Positions 58,827-64,000 of a stretch of 64,000 bases of DNA are shown in pieces. This DNA comes from Bacilli bacterium (GTDB lineage Bacteria; Bacillota_I; Bacilli_A; RF39; UBA660). The notes under the pieces were generated by a model. It worked only from the letters and a program-made list of their open reading frames with translations, was not told the DNA's origin and did no database searches. The DNA lies in the NCBI GenBank assembly GCA_016296185.1, contig JAEDJT010000002.1, positions 4,226 to 68,225 on the forward strand. Direction: 5' to 3'. Position numbers and translations under genes: made by a program. Positions within the stretch are counted from its first letter, which is position 1. Each line of letters opens with the position of its first letter.

Positions 58827-60164
58827 ATGAATAATGAAGAACAACGTTATTATACTGTTACTCAATATAATCAAGCTATTAAGAACTTTTTAGATTCTAA
58901 AGTTGAATGTCAATATGTTCATATTCAAGGTGAAATATCTAACTTTAAAGGTCATTCTCGTGGTCATTTATATTTTACTTTAAAAGATGAAGAATCTAGA
59001 ATGAATGCTGTTATGTTTCAAACTGCTGCACAAAAATTAGATTTTGAACCTAAAGATGGCGATGAAGTTCAAGTAGATGGACGTATTAGTGTTTATGTTC
59101 CTAATGGTGGTTATCAAGTTTATATTGAAAAAATGAAACTTGCTGGTAATGGTGATTTATTAAGAAAATTTGAAGAATTAAAGAAAAAATTAGAAGATGA
59201 AGGTTTATTTGATGAAAGTCATAAGAAACCTATTCCAAGATTTCCTAAGAAAATTGGTATTATTACAGCACCAACTGGAGCTGCTATTAGAGATATTTTA
59301 TCTACTATTAAGAGAAGATATCCATTATGTGAAACAATTTTATTTCCATCATTAGTTCAAGGTGATGAAGCTAAATTTGATATTGTTAGAAATATCGAAA
59401 GAGCTCAAGATTATGATTTAGATGTAATTATTTGTGGACGTGGTGGAGGTTCTATAGAAGATTTGTGGGCATTCAATGAAGAAATTGTTGCTAGAGCTAT
59501 TTATAATAGTAATATTCCTATTATTAGTGGTGTAGGTCATGAACCTGATAGAACTATTGCAGATTATGTTGCAGATTTAAGAGCGCCAACTCCAACTGGA
59601 GCTGCAGAAATGTGTGTTCCTAATTTACCTGATTTATTACATTTAATTGATCAGTATACAATTAGAACAAATGAAAATATTAAGGGTATTATTAATTTCT
59701 ATCAAAAGAAATTAGATATTTTAAAAAATACTTATGTGTTAAGAAATCCTTTAGCTTTATACGAAGTTAAAGAACAAAAATTAGATACTTTAATTGATAG
59801 AAGTAATTCTATTATTACTAGTATGTTAAATGATTATACAGTTAGATTGAATAATATTAAATCTAGTTATGTTTTAAAAAATCCTTTAGCTACTTATGAA
59901 GTTAAAAGAGAAAAAGTTAATAGCTATGTTGAAATATTAAATAAGATTATTAAAGGTAATTTAGATAATTATAATTATAAATATTCTATGATGATTAATA
60001 AATTAGAATTATTAAATCCTTTAAATATTTTAAATAAGGGGTATAGTTTAGTTACTGTTAATGATAATGTTGTTAAGAGTGCTAAAGATTTAAAAGTTAA
60101 TGATAGTATTAACATTAGATTACATGAAGGTAATGTAGAAGCTATAGTAAAGGAGATTAAGTAA
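58827..60164 (+). CDS. xseA: Exodeoxyribonuclease VII large subunit
   Basis: OB-fold N-terminus (YVHIQGEISNFKGHSRGHLYFTLKD), GRGGGSIEDLWAFNEE, GVGHEPD. Confidence 0.92.
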   Translation: MNNEEQRYYTVTQYNQAIKNFLDSKVECQYVHIQGEISNFKGHSRGHLYFTLKDEESRMNAVMFQTAAQKLDFEPKDGDEVQVDGRISVYVPNGGYQVYIEKMKLAGNGDLLRKFEELKKKLEDEGLFDESHKKPIPRFPKKIGIITAPTGAAIRDILSTIKRRYPLCETILFPSLVQGDEAKFDIVRNIERAQDYDLDVIICGRGGGSIEDLWAFNEEIVARAIYNSNIPIISGVGHEPDRTIADYVADLRAPTPTGAAEMCVPNLPDLLHLIDQYTIRTNENIKGIINFYQKKLDILKNTYVLRNPLALYEVKEQKLDTLIDRSNSIITSMLNDYTVRLNNIKSSYVLKNPLATYEVKREKVNSYVEILNKIIKGNLDNYNYKYSMMINKLELLNPLNILNKGYSLVTVNDNVVKSAKDLKVNDSINIRLHEGNVEAIVKEIK

Positions 60165-60165
60165 T

Positions 60166-60393
60166 ATGGCAGAAAAAAAAGAAATGACTTTTGAAGAATC
60201 ATTAGTTGAATTAGAAAATATTGTAAAAGAATTAGAAGCAGGAAATGTTGATTTAGATAAGGCTATTGAAAAATATAGTGAAGCTATGAAACTTGCTAAA
60301 ACTTGTAGTGATAAGTTAAATAATGCTACAGAAGCAGTTAATAAAATATTAAAAGAAAATGGTGAATTAGAAGATTTTGAAATTGGAGAATAA
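60166..60393 (+). CDS. xseB: Exodeoxyribonuclease VII small subunit
   Basis: 75 aa. FEESLVELENIVKELE...LDKAIEKYSEAMKL. Immediately follows xseA. Confidence 0.9.
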   Translation: MAEKKEMTFEESLVELENIVKELEAGNVDLDKAIEKYSEAMKLAKTCSDKLNNATEAVNKILKENGELEDFEIGE

Positions 60394-60450
60394 ATCTTCT
60401 TTTTTTATGTTTTTAATGTTATAATAGTTAATATAATATGAGGTGTTGAT

Positions 60451-62274
60451 ATGGCAAGTAAGAAAAATGATACTGAAACAAAAGAAAAAGTAAGTAAGAC
60501 TAAAAAAACTGCTGAAAAAAAGGAAACTGCTAAGAAAACTTCTTCAAAGAAGGTTTCAGCTAGTACTAAGAAAAATACAGTAAAAAAAGAAGCAGATATT
60601 GTTAGTGAAGTAAAAGAAGAAGTTATTGAAACTAAACCTGAAGTTAGTGAAAAGACTGAATTATTACAAGTACCTGATTCTGTTGTTAAAGATGCTTTAA
60701 AGCAAGTTAATAAAGCTGCTAAAAAACAAGCTAGACAAGAATTTTTGAGTAAAGTAGTTGAAGAATTAATTGCATTTTTATTCTTAGTTATTATTATTTG
60801 TTTAGTTATTTTTGGTGTAGGATATTGGTATAAAAATTATTATGTTGAAAGAGAAGATCAAGTTGAAGCACAAGAACAAGAAAAATTAAATTCTGAATAT
60901 AGAATTGTTTCTTATTCATCTCCAACAGGTAATATTAGTGTTCTTAATGATAATTATGTAATTGATTATAATAAAGATAATAGTAAAGTTACTAAAATCC
61001 TTGATAGAGAATTAAATACTCTATTTGAAGGTGAACTTGAAGTTACAAAAGTAATTCCTTCTACTGATGGCACTATTTATGCTTATTTAGATGAAGATGC
61101 AGAATCTGAAAATTTAGTTACTCTTTATAAATTAGTTGATGGGGAATTTGAGAAAATTAAAGAAATTGGTACTCTAGGTTATTATTTTAGTCCGATTGTT
61201 TATACTACTAATGGAAATAATTCTTATTTATTAGGCTTCTATGGTGAAGAAAATAGTGATGCAACTGATTCTGTTATTTATAATTTAAATGGTGATAAGA
61301 GTGAATTACATGGTTACTCTTTAGTTGGTGATTATAATAGAAGTAGTTCAGATGCTGAAATTAGAACTAGAAATAAAAATTATATTGTTGCTAAAAGTCT
61401 TTCTAGTAAAAGATATGGTTTATATAATTTAAATGATAATCAATTAACTTTTGAAGCTTTATATGATGAATTACATTGTACTTTTGATGATAATTTTGTT
61501 GCTAAAAAAGATAATTATACTGGTATTTTAAATATTAAATCTAAAAAAGTTGTAGATTTCCAATATGATTTTATTGATATTCAAAAAGGTTATTATGTTG
61601 TATCTAAAGATAATAAGTTAGCTATTATGGATTCTGATTTTAAATTATTAACAGGTTTTGATTTTGATTATCAAACAAATAATTATTATAAAGCTTATAG
61701 TTATACTAAAGCTAATTCATTTGTTTCTTATAAAATAAATGATATGTATTTGTTGGTTACTAATAATAATGAGAAGAGTGGAAGTTATAATAAACATACA
61801 GCTTATTTAATTAAGAATAGTGGTGCTTATACTGAAATAGTTGAAACATATATTGAATATGATAAAGATAGTAATTTCTTATATTCTTATGATGATAATA
61901 CTGATGTTTATACTATTTATGAAATTGATAATGAAAATATATTGAATTCTTATGAAATTAGTTTAAATGGTTATATTTTAAATAATGTTACTATTTCTAA
62001 ATATAATGATGAAATTGTAAGAATTAATAATGATATATATATTAATTTTAAAACTAATGAAGAAGTTGAAGGTTTAACTTATACTAAAGATTATTCTTTT
62101 GATACTTATAAAGTTTCTTTAGACTATGAAAATGCTAAAGGTTTAATTTATACAGGTGATGTTATTACTTCTACATATAAATGTAATTCAAAAGATAATT
62201 ATGTTGTTAGAGAAGATAATACATTCTATATAATATTAGAAAATGATTATATTTCAATTGAGAAGATTTCTTAA
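60451..62274 (+). CDS. Membrane-anchored WG/YG-repeat protein with Lys/Thr/Ser-rich N-terminal tail
   Basis: 607 aa. Basic tail, one TM (LIAFLFLVIIICLVIFGVGYW), and repeats such as KRYGLYNLNDNQLTFEALYDEL, YTGILNIKSKKVVDFQYDFI, NKLAIMDSDFKLLTGFDFDY. Confidence 0.5.
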   Translation: MASKKNDTETKEKVSKTKKTAEKKETAKKTSSKKVSASTKKNTVKKEADIVSEVKEEVIETKPEVSEKTELLQVPDSVVKDALKQVNKAAKKQARQEFLSKVVEELIAFLFLVIIICLVIFGVGYWYKNYYVEREDQVEAQEQEKLNSEYRIVSYSSPTGNISVLNDNYVIDYNKDNSKVTKILDRELNTLFEGELEVTKVIPSTDGTIYAYLDEDAESENLVTLYKLVDGEFEKIKEIGTLGYYFSPIVYTTNGNNSYLLGFYGEENSDATDSVIYNLNGDKSELHGYSLVGDYNRSSSDAEIRTRNKNYIVAKSLSSKRYGLYNLNDNQLTFEALYDELHCTFDDNFVAKKDNYTGILNIKSKKVVDFQYDFIDIQKGYYVVSKDNKLAIMDSDFKLLTGFDFDYQTNNYYKAYSYTKANSFVSYKINDMYLLVTNNNEKSGSYNKHTAYLIKNSGAYTEIVETYIEYDKDSNFLYSYDDNTDVYTIYEIDNENILNSYEISLNGYILNNVTISKYNDEIVRINNDIYINFKTNEEVEGLTYTKDYSFDTYKVSLDYENAKGLIYTGDVITSTYKCNSKDNYVVREDNTFYIILENDYISIEKIS

Positions 62275-62322
62275 TACCTTCTCAATTTTTTTGTTTTATA
62301 GTATAATATTCTTGTGATTATT

Positions 62323-63759
62323 ATGGATTTAGAAAAAAGAAATAGATATATATTAATTATTACTGTAATTGTTATGTTATTTATTGTTTTAGCTAATGGG
62401 ATTTATTTATCTTTGAAAAATACTAAAGATGAATCTGATGTTAAAGTTAAAATTAATCAAATATATAGTTCTGAATATGATATTGTTGTTTTAGGTGATC
62501 AATATTATTTAGGTTTATTTGATGATAAAATTCATGCAATTATTAATAGTGATGGTAAAGAAGTTTATAAAACTGATGAAGGTATTAGTGACGCTAAATG
62601 GTTTAAGAATAAAGATGATAATTATATCATTTATACTAATAATAATGATAAGTTAAAAATATATTTATTTGATGGAATTGAGTTTAATTTAATTAATAGT
62701 TATGATACTGAAGATTCTGTTAAACCTGTTTTATATGTTAATAATGAAGATAAATATATTGTTTCTTTAGTTAGTAGTTATGATAATAATTTAGTTCTTT
62801 ATGATTTATATGATAATAATTCTATTATATTAGAAGATACTTTGTTATTAACTGATTATATTAAGGATAATGTTTATTATACTAATAATGATGATTATTT
62901 GGTTACTATGAAAGATAATAAAGTAGGTTGTATTGATTTTAATGGTAATACCATTATTGATTATCAATATGATAATTTGTTAAGTACTGATAATGATTCT
63001 TTTATAGGTGTTAATAATAAGAAATTATATGGTGTAATTGATATAGATAATAATGTATTAATTGATTTTAAATATAATGCTATTAATTATTTTGATAATT
63101 ATTATGTTGTAGTAAATAATAAGAATAAAATGGCTTTATTTGATGGTGAATATAAGAATATTACTGGTTTTACTATGGATTATAATTCTTTATTGGAATT
63201 TAATCTTAAAGAAGCTAATAATAGCTTTAAAATGTATGTTTTAGATAATTCTATTGTATTACTTAATAATTATGGAGAAGATTTTTATAAAACGGAATAT
63301 GATAAACATAATTTATATGTAATTAGTGATGGGAAAGTTATTAATACTATTAATCAAATTGGTTTTGGTATAACTAATTTAATATATAGTTATGATAAAG
63401 AATATAATGTTGTTATTTATAATGATTATATGATTCCTATTGGTAATTTTAAAATAGATGATGTAAGTAAAATTAATAGTATTAAATATATTAATGATAA
63501 AGATATTGTTGTTGATTGTGTATCGTTAAATGGTGTTACTAAAAAGATTTATTATAATTCTAAATATGATGTTATTAGTTTTAAATATGGTGATTTAGTT
63601 TTTTCTTCTTCTGATTATTATGTTTATTTAAATAATGATGAAATAACTGTTACTGATAAAAATGATAATGTTATTAGTAGTAAGAAATGTGATAATGTTA
63701 TTGTTAATGGTGATGAATTAATTATTGATAATGAAATTTATTTAATTAAAGAGAGTTAA
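62323..63759 (+). CDS. Membrane-anchored WG/YG-repeat protein
   Basis: About 478 aa. One TM, and repeats KVGCIDFNGNTIIDYQYDNL, KLYGVIDIDNNVLIDFKYNAI, NKMALFDGEYKNITGF. Confidence 0.5.
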   Translation: MDLEKRNRYILIITVIVMLFIVLANGIYLSLKNTKDESDVKVKINQIYSSEYDIVVLGDQYYLGLFDDKIHAIINSDGKEVYKTDEGISDAKWFKNKDDNYIIYTNNNDKLKIYLFDGIEFNLINSYDTEDSVKPVLYVNNEDKYIVSLVSSYDNNLVLYDLYDNNSIILEDTLLLTDYIKDNVYYTNNDDYLVTMKDNKVGCIDFNGNTIIDYQYDNLLSTDNDSFIGVNNKKLYGVIDIDNNVLIDFKYNAINYFDNYYVVVNNKNKMALFDGEYKNITGFTMDYNSLLEFNLKEANNSFKMYVLDNSIVLLNNYGEDFYKTEYDKHNLYVISDGKVINTINQIGFGITNLIYSYDKEYNVVIYNDYMIPIGNFKIDDVSKINSIKYINDKDIVVDCVSLNGVTKKIYYNSKYDVISFKYGDLVFSSSDYYVYLNNDEITVTDKNDNVISSKKCDNVIVNGDELIIDNEIYLIKES

Positions 63760-63831
63760 TCTCTTTTTTTAATGGTATTTATTGGTTTAATAAAATTATT
63801 ATATTTATTAATAATATTATTAGGTGATAAT

Positions 63832-64000
63832 ATGAAAAAAATATTAATTCTATTATTATTTATGCCAATTATTGTTTTTGCTTATAGTAATAAGATTATT
63901 CCGGGTGGTGAAACGATTGGTATTGAAATTAATAATGATGGTTTAATTGTTATTGGTTTGTATAAGATTAATGATAAGTATATAAATAATTATTTTAAAA
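63832..64000 (+). CDS. SpoIVB-like (S55) peptidase, N-terminal fragment; continues beyond the window
   Basis: Signal/TM sequence then IIPGGETIGIEINNDGLIVIG, resembling the PGG-SIG-K-GV-VVG start of SpoIVB. Its position downstream of xseAB is consistent with Bacillus-type synteny. Confidence 0.35.
   Translation, partial: MKKILILLLFMPIIVFAYSNKIIPGGETIGIEINNDGLIVIGLYKINDKYINNYFK

Overview
Very AT-rich chromosomal segment of a low-GC Gram-positive bacterium (Bacillota; gene content and order suggest an Erysipelotrichia- or Bacilli-like organism). It uses the standard code 11: TGA acts as a stop and Trp is TGG. About 90% of the genes are on the + strand and intergenic gaps are mostly under 100 bp. 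A classical Firmicutes housekeeping backbone is recognisable: rnhB, topA, lepA, hemW, hrcA-grpE-dnaK-dnaJ, mtaB, DUF1292/recD2, alaS, dnaG-sigA-trmK, valS, xseA-xseB and the start of a spoIVB-like gene. This backbone is interrupted by several blocks of poorly characterised, mostly membrane-anchored genes: 7.0-19.4 kb, 20.5-25.5 kb, 32.2-35.0 kb and 60.4-63.8 kb. RNA and regulatory elements readable by eye are two T-box leaders (Ala at about 40.8 kb, Val at about 53.5 kb), a double CIRCE operator with its promoter in front of hrcA, many stem-loop plus T-run terminators that abut TGnTATAAT extended -10 promoters, and one unexplained element. That element is a roughly 400-nt ORF-free transcription unit at 16.0-16.4 kb with a near-consensus promoter, tandem terminators and extensive nested helices. 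It matches no RNA class I can recognise and is the best candidate here for something undescribed, possibly linked to the orphan three-gene operon just upstream. I saw no rRNA, tRNA, CRISPR array, transposase, integrase or obvious prophage genes. All protein calls rest on motif-level recognition of the supplied translations; no database search was possible.
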